From positions 1,984,001 to 2,048,000 of the forward strand of contig CAJFCJ010000012.1 in NCBI GenBank assembly GCA_904063045.1: a DNA stretch of 64,000 nt, read 5' to 3'. The notes beneath the pieces were generated by a model. It ran no database searches, was not told where the DNA came from, and saw only the letters and a program-made list of their open reading frames with translations. The DNA comes from Dimorphilus gyrociliatus. Lineage: Eukaryota > Animalia > Annelida. This document shows, in pieces, positions 52,001 to 64,000 of this stretch. The translations under genes and the position numbers were made by a program. Position 1 is the stretch's first letter, and every line of letters starts with the position of its first letter.

Positions 52001-52337
52001 CTTAAGGGAAACATGCGCTGAGCATTGATTTTTAAAAGTTATGAAAAAACTTACAGAAATCGACTAAATAATTTTTATTAATTTTTATTTGTCGAAAAAA
52101 ATATTTTTAGCTAAAAAAATTAAATTTTTATGGAACTTTTTTAATACGCGGAGCTATTTTGTATTAGTAAGCTCGTAGTCTTTTCCGGTAATGAGATCAA
52201 ACGGTTGTATGGTTCAGGCAAAGCGTTTTGAAAGAAATTAAGAAAATAGAAGAGTAAGAAAAATCAACATTTACTAGTGAAAACTTTGGAAAATGACTCC
52301 AAGGCTGATATAGAATAAGGACGTTCAGTATTTAATC

Positions 52338-54979
52338 ATGGGCTGTTGTTCTTGGCGACAGTTCGTACTCATCATATGCGTCTTACAAGTTGTAAGTTTA
52401 AAGCTTTGTATTTTTAATCTCGCATTTTTGACCTGTATACACCTGTATGCAAACCCGTAAAGACTGATTAAACTGATAAATTTGCAAATAGCAACTTAAT
52501 TTATCATACTGAATAGTTGTCGAGGATCATAAATATAGTCACTACCGGACTTAGAACATTATTATTGTGTGCCAAAGCCGATTAGCGAAAAGCGTGATGT
52601 CTGAGAGGCATTAGCAAGTTTAATGAATAGATTTTTTTTGTTTTATTCATTTTATTTGCAACCGCAAGAATTTGACTATCTATATTTGCAACAGATTGCG
52701 ACGCTCCAGAGGTTAGTCTTCGATTTTATGGGCTATATGTGGGGCTCAATTACGGCGAATATAGTTAATCTAATCGTTGTTATTGTTGGAATTGTTGGAG
52801 CTTATCAATATAGAGGAAAAGTTTTGTTACTGGTAAGTATTACTTGATTTCTTGATTATTTATTATTATTACTATTGGTATGGCTATAGTTAAAAGGAAA
52901 AGGTTTATATAGGCTAATATAGTAAGCTAGTTGTTTTTTATCAGTTCTGGTAAGTCGATACGTAATTGTCGAAATGGCTGAAAAAAGTTTTATATGTTTA
53001 TTTCTAGATATTTTTACCATTTAATAAAGTTTTTTATCATTGTCTCTATCTCTTTAATAAAATACATACAGTATGCCGTATGGTGCACGTTGTGGATCGG
53101 TTGGAATGCTTTAGTGATATGTATTTATCTAAAAATTGGTCTATTTGAAAATAAGGTTGGTGCGTTAAATTATATATTTGTTCCGCTACGCTATTTACGT
53201 TGGACAATATCTTTACGGTCTATACAGATTTCTCTTTTGAATATCACTTCTTTTATCTTTTTTTTTCTTTTTTTTTTCTTACAGAATTATGGTGTGCTAG
53301 ACTTTGGGACTGACCAAAAGAGTTTTTGGTTCAATTACGGAATTGGCTGTGAAGTTAGTTATAAACTGATTTATTCAATCAGAATAATTAGCTAATTTTT
53401 TCTATTATTCCTAGACCGAAAAACAGGTTAGCACGCCCAATTTATCATCAACCCTAACTACAGAATCGGCTAAAGGCGCTAGCGGTTGTATCCTATCTTA
53501 CGACTATGTAGAAGTGATTCATGCCGGGGTACAAGTTCTGCTGGCTGTAAGTAAAACAATCTCAATCAATCTTTATCTCTTTCCTTTCGCTTATAACCTA
53601 GTAAAACTTTATTCCTTTGCAGTTAATGGGTTTTGTCAGCGGAATTAGGTTAGCCTGTTTATATATGGAAGAAGATGATAGCTGTAAGTACCGTAGCAGT
53701 CTCTCAACCTTAATTTATCATTATTTTTTTTTACATATATTTTTTTGCTTAAGTAATTTTCCTATTTTTACGGCGCTTTGCACATTTATATAATTTCTCT
53801 GAAAGAGCGTAATTGTTAATGATTTTTTTATTTTTCACTACTAAAGATATCGCGATTAGCGGCTCTTGAAAAGCTTTTATTGTTATTATTATTTTTATTT
53901 CAATACTTTTATTTTTTAATATTATTTTTTTAAATTAATTTAATTTTTATTTTTACTTTCCTTGTATTTGTGCACATAACACATCCTTCAGTTAATTACA
54001 TCGGCGGGTTTGATTCAAACGGAACAACGAGCAGCGTTTCTGCACCATCGAAAACCTTAACTCCTGTTCAATTACAGCCCATATATGTGTATGTATTTAG
54101 TTTGAGAGGCCCAGTAAGGGACTGTCGTCGTAAAATTAGAGAAACTCACCAATTATATTTGAAAATAAAGCACTCACCTATAAAAAAAACTTGACACGAA
54201 AAAAAATACACGAAAGAAGAAGAGTGAAAAATAGAAACCATATACACAAATTAACAGATTTGACATGCGCTTTTAGTTAATTTTTTTCTAACATAATGGC
54301 CATCGTTGTTCTAGTTGACAGATTACTTCTTTCCTTTAATTATAATTATTATTATTATCTTTTTGATTTTAATAATTATTCTGCTATTTAAAATTATTTT
54401 GAGTAATAAGGAACTCGTTAAAAATACTTTTTGACATTAAGCTGATCTCTTTCTTTTTCTTCTCTCTACATCTCTATCGCTCGCTTAACTGACAAATGAT
54501 ATTTATGTGGCTTTTCATATATTGTATTTTATTTTAAAAAACAAACTGTTTGTAAAAAATATTATACTAATCGGATTTTATACTTTCATTTTATAGCAGT
54601 ATCGGCTCAGGAAGAACTTGAATTTATTAAAATGCCAAATCGTACGTCACGTCGAAGTCCTCCTCCTACACACCTTCCATATTCATCTCTGCAGCAGTCG
54701 AATACGTCGAGCTCAGGTTTTACAGACCTTACAATTTGTACCGGTGATAATAATACCCGTCGAGCATCTCGAAAACCCCACTCACCATCAAAAGATCGCC
54801 CTCAAGCTCGACCAAGGCGTCCACAAAGTAACTACTTAGCCTCAAATGGAAGAAGTCAGCCTGCATATGAAAACGCTGAATCTTTGAGGCATCAAAATCA
54901 GCATAATGCAGACTGTTTGCCTGCTCAACCTCCTCCTTATCAATTTCCGGGACCACCGCCAGGAACGACTGTTATTTAA
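52338..54979 (+). CDS. NKAIN: Na,K-ATPase beta-subunit interacting protein (NKAIN)
   Basis: MGCCSWR.., QRLVFDFMGYMWG..AN, GAYQYR, WIGWNALVICIYL, SFWFNYGIGC, GCILSYDYVE..HAGVQ and EEDDSFNYIGGFDS..QLQPIY. Two possible C-termini (stop at 54621 or 54979). Confidence 0.92.
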
Positions 54980-55746
54980 GGCCGTTTTTTATTGTTATAT
55001 ACATATATATATATACAGTATATACTGTATATATTTATATATATATATATTTATATACTACGATTTGTATACTTCTTTTGCAAAGTTTGTATTCGCTGCG
55101 TCTTATTAATTTGTGTATACGGAGGTATGTGTTCATAGGTAGCGAATTTAATTATTTATGTATACATGTATAATAGAAAAAGTTTGTACATGTATAGGTT
55201 GATATTTGAATCTACAACTATGAAATATGCTTGTCTCTATATATATGTATATATGTGAAAATGTATATTTATACCCCAGGAGCATATTATCCAACTAGGA
55301 TGTATATAATTCATGTAGAATAGTCATGCCTCTAGTCAAAGGCTGTGCACATTAACGTAAGCAGATAAAAAATTGTTTATGTATATGAAAAAATTAACAG
55401 CGATATTTTTTTGAAGTATTTTCTGCAGTTTCACTTTATTAGAGAATTTTTATGTGATGATGAGGTTTGCTTGGTGCTAAGAGGATGCCTCTTTACGTCT
55501 AGAAAATTGATTTGTTTACGTAAACGAGCGTCTGACTTTACGACTTAAACCTGAATGTGCATCGTAAGTTACAAAAGGAATAAATACTAAGACAAGCTTG
55601 GTCCTCTTTATACACAAAATGAACAGAGAATAGGTAAAACATAGAAAAGTGTATTGCTCCACATTCCTAAACCAATTGAAAACATTTAATAAGGAACTCA
55701 ACCAATTTATAAATTCTATTTGCTCAACAATTTTTCTATCTGTAAA

Positions 55747-58700
55747 CTATATTAATAATTCATCATTCTCTTCATCAGCTAATTTTCTTTTCATTCTTTT
55801 CGGCTTACTTCCACCATCTCCCATCTTAGCCTCCTTATCAAATCTAATGGCTTTATTCTTCCCTTCCTGCTTCTCCACAGCTTTGTCGAGCAATCTTAAA
55901 AAGTCCCTACTGGATGGTTGCTTATTATTTCTTTGTGAGTCAGTTTGAGGGGAGAGTACCGGTAATTCCATAGGAAAATTATTCATCTTCCTATAATCAG
56001 AGTGGGAATAATTCTCAGGCTTGTATTCAGGGAAAGTTATATTGGCCTTTTTCAGCTCGTTTATATAATACAATGTTTCTTTTTTCAGATCTCTTATTTT
56101 TCGCTTAAAGGTCTGTTCGTTATTTTTCATTCCGTCAATTACGATGTGTTTGGATTCCAGCACCTGCGTAAGAGTCTTTATTTCGATCATCTTTTTCTCA
56201 AAAATTTTTTTCGTTTCAATACGACTTTTTCTGTTCAACTCCATCTTTTCCTTACATTCAATATTTAATTGATTGATCTTCGCCTCTAATTGCTCGCTCT
56301 CTTTCGCCATTCTAACTAGTGCTCTTTTTAATTTCTCCTCTCGAGATTCTGCCAGCAAGCATTTCTTCTCCGATAATCTTAACTTTTCTATCAGTTCTTT
56401 TTCTTTCTTTTGAAATTCTATTTGTATCTTTACTTTATCTTGATTTGTAATAGCTCCAGTGTGGTCAATTTCGGACTTTTCAAGAGCCTCTCGGCACTTT
56501 TTCAAATCAATCTAAAATAATATAAGAAAAATTAAGATATAAACGAAACTATAAATAACAGAAGAGAAAATATTCTTCAATATTTATTATTCAGTTTGTG
56601 AATATACTGCTTTGATATGTTTGTTTATTCTCCTATATTTAAAATAACTTACAGTCAAGGACTGGACAGCGCTTTCGGCAACTTCTTTATTGCTTACGGC
56701 TATATTAGTTAGTTCGACTTGTTTTTTGTATTCATTTTGATAGAACGTATTCTTCTCATAAATTACTTGCATCTGAAATTAGCGATTGCATTATCCAACT
56801 AAAACTTTTCTTATCATTATACCTCCTCTTCTTTATCACGCAATTTTAATTGCGCTTCAACATAATCGGCCCTAAAAAATAAAATATATATTTTATAAAA
56901 GTATATAAGCAACAAATATGATTTAGTTTCCTTATACAGTTGGGAAATAAATTAAGTTTATTTTGTATTAATCTTGACAATTCTACATGTGTTATTCGTA
57001 AATTGGTGAATCCTATAAATCATTACCTCATCTTGTTATATCTATCCGTCATTTGCAGTAAACTTTCCTTCTCTTGATGTAAAGCATTCCTATGACAATC
57101 AGAATTAATTATGATATAATAAACAAGAAAAAAATTACTCAATATCCGCTATCTTTATTTTATATGCTTGATTTTCTAGCCTAATATTCATCAGCTTGTC
57201 TGAGATATTTTTCAAGGGTCCCTAAAAATTCTTTTTTTTTTAATATCTTTACCTTAATAATCGAAACAAACCTTGACGGTGATTTCCTCGTTTTCAGAGC
57301 TCCTCTCATTTTGCAATAGAATCTATTAAAAAAAAAATAACATCATTATATCTCGAACATGAGTCACAGTTTATCTGCATGATAAATAGAAGAGAACATT
57401 CGGGATAGAGGGAAATTATATTTGCCTCTGGTTGAAAATGTCATTTAACAAACTTACTTTAAAGGAATCACGTTCTAGTGTAAGCTCCTTTAACTTTTCA
57501 CTTGTATCTCTCAGTGAATGCTCAAGTTGTTTTATTTGGACTATTAGATCCTCTCTGTCAGCCTAATATTGCTTTTTCTTTATTAAAATACGTTAGGAAA
57601 TTAATTTTAATACTTGCCTGAAAATTATTTTTTTCTTTCGACATATTTTCAAACTTCAGACTATTTTCTTCAATTAAAGTCTTATAATCTTCGATACGAC
57701 CGTTTAAGGTATCAACGTCTGCCTGTTTAGCATCAGAGTGAAAAAACTAAGTATTTTAATATGAATGAAAATGATTACTTGAGTGGCTTTCAAATCATGA
57801 CACAAAGCATTATTATTCCTTTCCAACTCTTCAAAATTTTTCAACTTTTCCTGAAAAAATGAATAAATGAAAAGAAATATCGATATATATTGATATTGAG
57901 GTACGCACTCTAAGAGTCTTATACTCTTGTTGAATGCTCTCCAATTGAGAGTTCTTTTCTGTTATATCTGTTTTCAAGCATACATTATTTCTTTTATAAT
58001 TTTCTATTTCTGAATTCGTTTTTTGCAATTCGTTCTGTAATGGATTGTAAATTAATATCAAGTATTGCAAATAATTTTTTTTTAATAAACCGTCAATTGA
58101 ATTTTCTGGTCTTTCATCTCTTCCACTTGTTTTTGTAAATAATCTTTTTCAACCAAAAAATGTTCCTTTGATTCATCCATTTCACTTTTCAGCATATGCA
58201 AATCATTTTCCTTCTTCAGAATTTCGTTCTCAAGAGATTCTTTTGCACGAGTAAAGTTTTGTGATTCTTCTGCTAATCGATTTGACATCAATTGCATCTC
58301 ACGTTCTTTACTAGCAATGAGATCTTCCAGGCATTTGCGCATTTCTTCCGTATTAGTACCATTTTCCTCAATTTGATGCTTCAGAAGACTAATTTCTTTC
58401 TCGAGATCGTTTTTTTCTTTCTGAAAGATACTAACTGATCAAAAATTTTTCCTTGGAAATTGTACATATACTTTAAGATCTGTAGAGTCTGTTTGTAGAG
58501 ATTGTATTAAATTATCTTTCTTTTCGGATTCAACTTTCAAGTTTTCTAAACGAGTCTATCGGAAGAAAACGTGTATTATTAATATAGAAGTATGAGAAAA
58601 GAGAAAGCAAATAACATACTGTAAGTTCTTGGATTTTAGCTGTGTCATCTTGAGAAATTTCGTCGAAGCGTACCCTTTCCTTTTGAAAGCTTTCTCGTTC

Positions 58701-60651
58701 CGACAATATCTGGTCTTCTAATTTCTTAAGAATTTGATCTTTTTTCTTTGAATCTTCCTCAGCATTAGCTTGAGTTTTTTTTAACGTTTCTTGATCTAAT
58801 AGGTGTCGATCATTAGCTATTTGAAGTTCAAGGTCTCTTTTTGAAACTGTTTCTTCAAATTGTTTTCGAACATCCTCGGCTTTAGCGCTTAATTCAGATA
58901 GTTTTATTTGGAGAGAGGTGACTTCTTCTTCAACTATTCTTTTTTCGTGCTATAAATAATAGAACAAGCATTTTTAGAACTTGATACTTATAAAAGTATG
59001 AAATTTCATAAATATCACTACCGATGTTGCTTGCAGGAGAGATGTAAGTTCCCTTTCAGTATCATGGGCTCCTCTTAACTTTTCCTTATAGCAGTCTAAA
59101 ATTATTTACATGTAAAGTCAGATAAACAAATAAAAGAGACAATTAAATACCCAATTCGTTATTTAATTCAATTATTTTCTTTTTGGCATTATTTTCTTGA
59201 ACTGAAACATTTTTCGGATTAATTGAATTATTATCCATTTAAATTGTAAGTCAAATAAAGTAAATTTAGCTTAGATGAAGTGACTCAATGTACTATTTTA
59301 CCAAGATAGTTCTCTCGTAATTGCTCAATTTCGATTTCGTGCTCTTTTAACTAAATGAGATTACAAATTATTATATTAAGACGTTTAAGATAAAACACCA
59401 ACAACCTTCTTTTCTATAATTTCCTGAAATTGCTTATTTTTTTCTTTTCCATCGTTATAAAATGATGTTACTGAAAAAATTATAAATGTTAAGGAAGGAA
59501 AACAACGAGCAAAAATTGAATTCTACCATCTTTGGATAATTCCAAGTAATTTTCCTTCATATTACTGCAAACTTTGGAAGACGAAGTTTCTAGATCAGAA
59601 ACTCGAGAATTGATATCTGCTTGGCTATCATGTAAATGCTGTATTCTCTGACCATCTGTTGAATTTAATCTTAAAATTTGATCTCTATGAAGAGAATCTA
59701 CTTGCATTCTGTGATGTTAGTTGTTAGGAAAGTAGACTCTTTTTTGATAATTTCCATTAAATTACTGAGAATGGAGAATTTCTCAGCCATTTCTTTTCGT
59801 CTCTCCTTTTCGAAATTTTCATGTACCATTGAAGTATCTAATTCTTTCTAAAATTACACATAGAATCGAAATGTGAAAATTCTAAGTTTCGAGGTAAATA
59901 ATTCTATTTTACTCGACATGTGTCCAATTTCTTTTGAAGATCAATATTCTCTTTTTTTAATAGATGTGCCTGACGTTCCTAAAATATGCCTTAAAAATTA
60001 TTAATAGGACTTATATATGAGAGAATAATTATACTAAAGAATCTTTTTCTGACAAACATCCTTCCTTAAATTTTTCAACGTATGATAGCATATCTTTGAG
60101 GGTTAAGTCAGTGACGTCATGACCTGTAAAAATATAATTAGGCTAACAAGAAAGCTTTTCGTCAATCGTATAAATTTGGTTGAACAAATAGGAGTTGAGA
60201 TGGAAACTTTTAATAAAGAAGACGTAAGGAGTTAATTGAAAATATTTTAAAATTGGTTTACTCCAAATATTTTAAAACCGTTAAGGAAAATACGATAAAA
60301 ATTTTTAAATAATCTCTCAAATATAATAATAAATTATTATAATTTTATAGCGAGTTCGCTATTAAGAACATGTTCTAAGAACGCAATCATTATGTTTTTA
60401 ATTAGTGAAAAAAATTAATAATAAATATTATGATACTTCGAGTTTCGTTCTCTCCAAATCGATTTCCGCACAAAGTTTTAGGAGACCTAGCCTCCAACTG
60501 CAAGAATTACAATATTATAAAAGGAAAGTAGTAGTGTTAGAATAAAATGGGCTCATTTTACTTTCACTTCTCTATAAGATTTGTCGGAAGTCAATTCAGT
60601 TTTCCATCGGAACGACGACGGAGATTTATAACCGTTTGATGTACTCTGCAT
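55747..60651 (-). CDS. Long multi-exon coiled-coil protein of unknown family
   Basis: Many short E/K/L-rich exons with GT-AG boundaries. The 5' exons join in phase (ATG 60651 MQSTSNGYKSP.., LEARSPK.., SHDVTDLTLKD..). The last exon ends KRMKRKLADEENDELLI*. Confidence 0.7.
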
Positions 60652-60957
60652 TCTTTTTTATATTTCTGTATGAGTTGGAAAACGAAAAATACTTTGAATG
60701 ATTTTAAAAAGTAAACCTACCGTAAACTTTTGATTAATTTTACTCTTTTGTTCCAAATCTGTTGTTCTATAAATTAAAACAAAAACGTATCGCTGGAGAA
60801 CAAAGTTTTGAATGTTCCTGAATGTATCACGTGAGATATGAAAAAAACATGGTACATTATCACAGCTTCAGCCATTGAATATGAAATATAGCGTGGATAG
60901 CCGAGCCTGACTAAATTTATTTTCTAGAGAACAATATTTATTTCGAAAGAACATTCC

Positions 60958-60970
60958 GGGCGCGCGAAAA
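60958..60970 (-). promoter_or_regulatory. E2F-like site TTTTCGCGCGCCC upstream of the coiled-coil gene
   Basis: GC-rich match to the TTTSSCGC consensus in AT-rich DNA, about 310 bp upstream of ATG 60651. Confidence 0.4.
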
Positions 60971-61529
60971 AGAATACTTAAACGATCACTGAGCAAAGTA
61001 ATTAATCATTGTCTCAAACTGTAATGACGTTCAACAAACTTTATCTTTGAAAACTCGGGCAAAAAAAAACCTTTAAATAATAAAAATTTTATCGGGCGAT
61101 AAAGGGTTCATGTGTATTTATTTTCTTCTGAAGAGGGTAAATGAAAATCTTGTAATTTTCAGATGATTTAGAATATCTGATAACACTTTGTAAAAGTGCA
61201 AAATACAACTTAAAATTTGCAAAACTGAGAAACTATTAAAAATCATGTTATTTCTTTGAAACTGACTTGAAAGGACTAAAATAATTAAGCATTGCGCACT
61301 CAAGTAATGCTTCATATAATGTTATATGGAAAGAAAAAATGTAATTAACTGGAGTACCAGTAATTCAGCCTATGGCTATCCATATAATTTGATCTTTTAC
61401 ATGTTTAAAAAGGGCGAGGTCTGTCTAGTTATTGCAGATTAATTGAGTTTATTAATCATTACACGATGTTTTTAAGTGTAGCTAGTTGCTTGTTTATTAA
61501 TACAGTGCGATACAACTATTCATACAAAT

Positions 61530-62326
61530 TTAATGTTCAGTGACTGGTCGCTTCTTGATCCATGCTGCTATTTTTGGATTCTCAACAACATTCTTGAGCA
61601 TTTTTACGGTTTTTGGGTATTTTGATAAATCGAAATCCGGTAGGAAAAGTTGAACCCATTCGATTGTAAGAGAAGTACTCAATTCTCCAATAGTCAGCTA
61701 AATTAAGACAGATCATTTAGCAAAACTTGTTAGCTCTAAAAAATTATTGCTTACAGCTTTTGTAGATGTGAGGAAACCATCTGCACTAAGGGCATGTTCA
61801 AAATATTCAAGCATTTTGGGAACAATTTCAGTCTTCATTTTCTCAGCCTTTGCCTTCGTTTGTTCTTCATTCAAACCACCAAATTTCATGGCGATAAATC
61901 CGCTTGCAATATCATCAGCACAGCCCATTGCACTATCAATGATAGCGGCATCCATATCAGTCTTTCCGATTAAGTTGAACTTTTTTCCCAAATATCTTAT
62001 TATAGCATTACTCTGTGGAATGTATTGATTATCGACTTTCAAAGCAGGTACCTGTTTTGACGGAATATCTGTAAAAAGGGAAGAACAATATACATTTGTG
62101 TTGCAAAATTACGCTTTTTATAAGCTTACCATTTTTGATTTTTTGCCACTCTTCATTTGTATAACGAGAATCAGTATAGTCTGGATTAATATAACAGATT
62201 GTAAAAAATCAGTAAGTCTCCAGGTAAAACAATGCACTTACCTTGTCCTGTCAAAGCGAAAATGTATCTGACTCCTTCGGCCCTTCCACGGGCATTGAAG
62301 TAGATGAGTTCGTATTTTGGTGCCAT
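61530..62326 (-). CDS. Glutathione S-transferase, sigma class
   Basis: Four exons: MAPKYELIYFNARGRAEGVRYIF, QVPALKVD..IPQSNAIIRYLGK and IAAWIKKRPVTEH*. Confidence 0.93.
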
Positions 62327-64000
62327 AGTTTTAAAGATTCTGCAAATAGAAAAGGAAGTAATTTTTTTGACCCATTTCAAGTCACTATAACACTAGTTAA
62401 AAAAAAAGAAATTGCATTGAAGCGGGTATTTCTTATCTCATAATAGATAAATATAGAGTTAAAAATTTTTTTCAGAATAAGTCTTACCTGTGTGTTAGTG
62501 TCTAACTTATCAAGAGATACTGCTGTCTTGCAAAGGGTGACGAGACTGAAAATTTCTCCGCCTTTATATGATTGCAGACGACGCCATGTAGGCCTAGTAA
62601 TGTGAGTATTTCGGTCGTAACCTCATTTCAATTTTGCCTGTTTTCTGCTAGATAGTCAATAAAAAAATATTGTTAAATCTGAAATTTTATAGAAAAGTCA
62701 TTTTTCTTACAATCGAGCCCATTAATGATTCCAAATGTATGCATATATGGTGATTGGAGCAGCCAAATTGCCTGGAGTGTTCTTGGAAAGTATAGGCTTA
62801 GCGTCTGATATAGGGACATTTGGGTCAAACTCAAAATCGTTTGGAACGTTCTAGACTAATACTGAATTTCGCAATAATCTTGAAATTAAAGAAGAGTAAG
62901 GTGTCAAAAACAAAAAAACCCTACAAATTAACTAATTTATTAGTTTATAATACAAAATTATATAGCCGTCATATTTTTCTCGAAAGTTTGAAAGTTCTTA
63001 ATAATAACAAATGGGCAAATTCATATTAAAATAAGAAGCATTTGAAATAATTATATACTGGTCAAGGGCTATATTCATAAATTAATTTCTCAAGTGTTAG
63101 CAATATTGAATAGATTAAGCTAACACCATTTAAATATTGGCAATAATATAGCTCCTAATCACACTGAACATATAACATATGTTTATTTATAAACAAAATA
63201 AATTTATTCTACATTTTTATTTACACTCGTCTTAAAACTGGTGTCAAAAAACTGATATGCACTAGTTGCATGTTATCAACAATTTAGAAAGAGTGCTATA
63301 ATTTTGGGACAAGATGATTTAATGGAATTTGAAATAATAAGAGCAGTAGGGTATATGTCGTGATGTCCTTTTATCAAATTGCTTAAACTTGATACAGCTA
63401 GCTTAAACCAGTTCAAACACCATTTTTTTATTGATTTTACAAAGAGAACCAGAATGCATATTTAGATTGCCAGGATTTTTAATTAAAGTACAAGTTTCTG
63501 CATTAGCAAATATTTAAACAATTTCCATGCTTTGCAAATTGTGTAATCAATGTTGTATTCAATATCTTAGATAATCAGAATCAGCAAGTTAAATTATGTG
63601 TAATATTAAAGCTATTTGTCAAAAAATGAGGGTGAAAAAGAATATGTTCTGTTTCATTTTAATGAACATAATACTCCTTTATCATTTGTTATTTGAAGAT
63701 ATCTTTCAAGATTATAATGATTCTTAATTGACAATGCTTTCAAGAAATTATATTATCTAATTTTAATATAGTACCAAAACTATCAACCAATGAATCATTT
63801 GACATACTGTATATTATATAATGTCTCTAGTATATCATTAAGATTGTAAATATTTGGAAATGTCCAATTTTGTGTATTTATTATTTATCAATCAAAATGC
63901 ATAATGACAAGCAGCGGTACGTGCATATCTAATAATTTATCCTAGACCCAAAGTCAATGTTAAAGGTGGATTACTAGATTTCGGATAAAATTCCGAATAC

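Noticed and set aside
62500-64000. Gene-free AT-rich segment upstream of the GST, considered as a transposon remnant
   Set aside because: No terminal repeats, target-site duplication or transposase-like translation could be identified.

Overview
AT-rich, gene-dense animal genomic DNA with very short (mostly 50-90 nt) GT-AG introns. It resembles a compact invertebrate genome such as a meiofaunal annelid; that assignment is inference only. The first 22.4 kb is a tandem array of about 10 paralogues of an uncharacterised 6-exon gene family: 7 complete and apparently intact copies, 1 cut by the window edge, and 2 pseudogenes. Each protein has four internal repeats of a ~90-aa domain and a C-terminal CaaX prenylation box, and about half also carry an N-terminal PPxY motif. 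MTHFS sits inside the array. The rest of the window holds RPUSD4, DROSHA, MLH3, METTL25B/RRNAD1, an ETS factor, MRM3, SRSF10/12, a multi-C2H2 zinc-finger gene, PLEKHJ1-like, RPL7, NKAIN, a long coiled-coil gene and a sigma-class GST, many in head-to-head pairs. The SRSF10/12 gene has a U12-type AT-AA intron containing a candidate poison exon. Exon boundaries were read by eye; no database searches were run.
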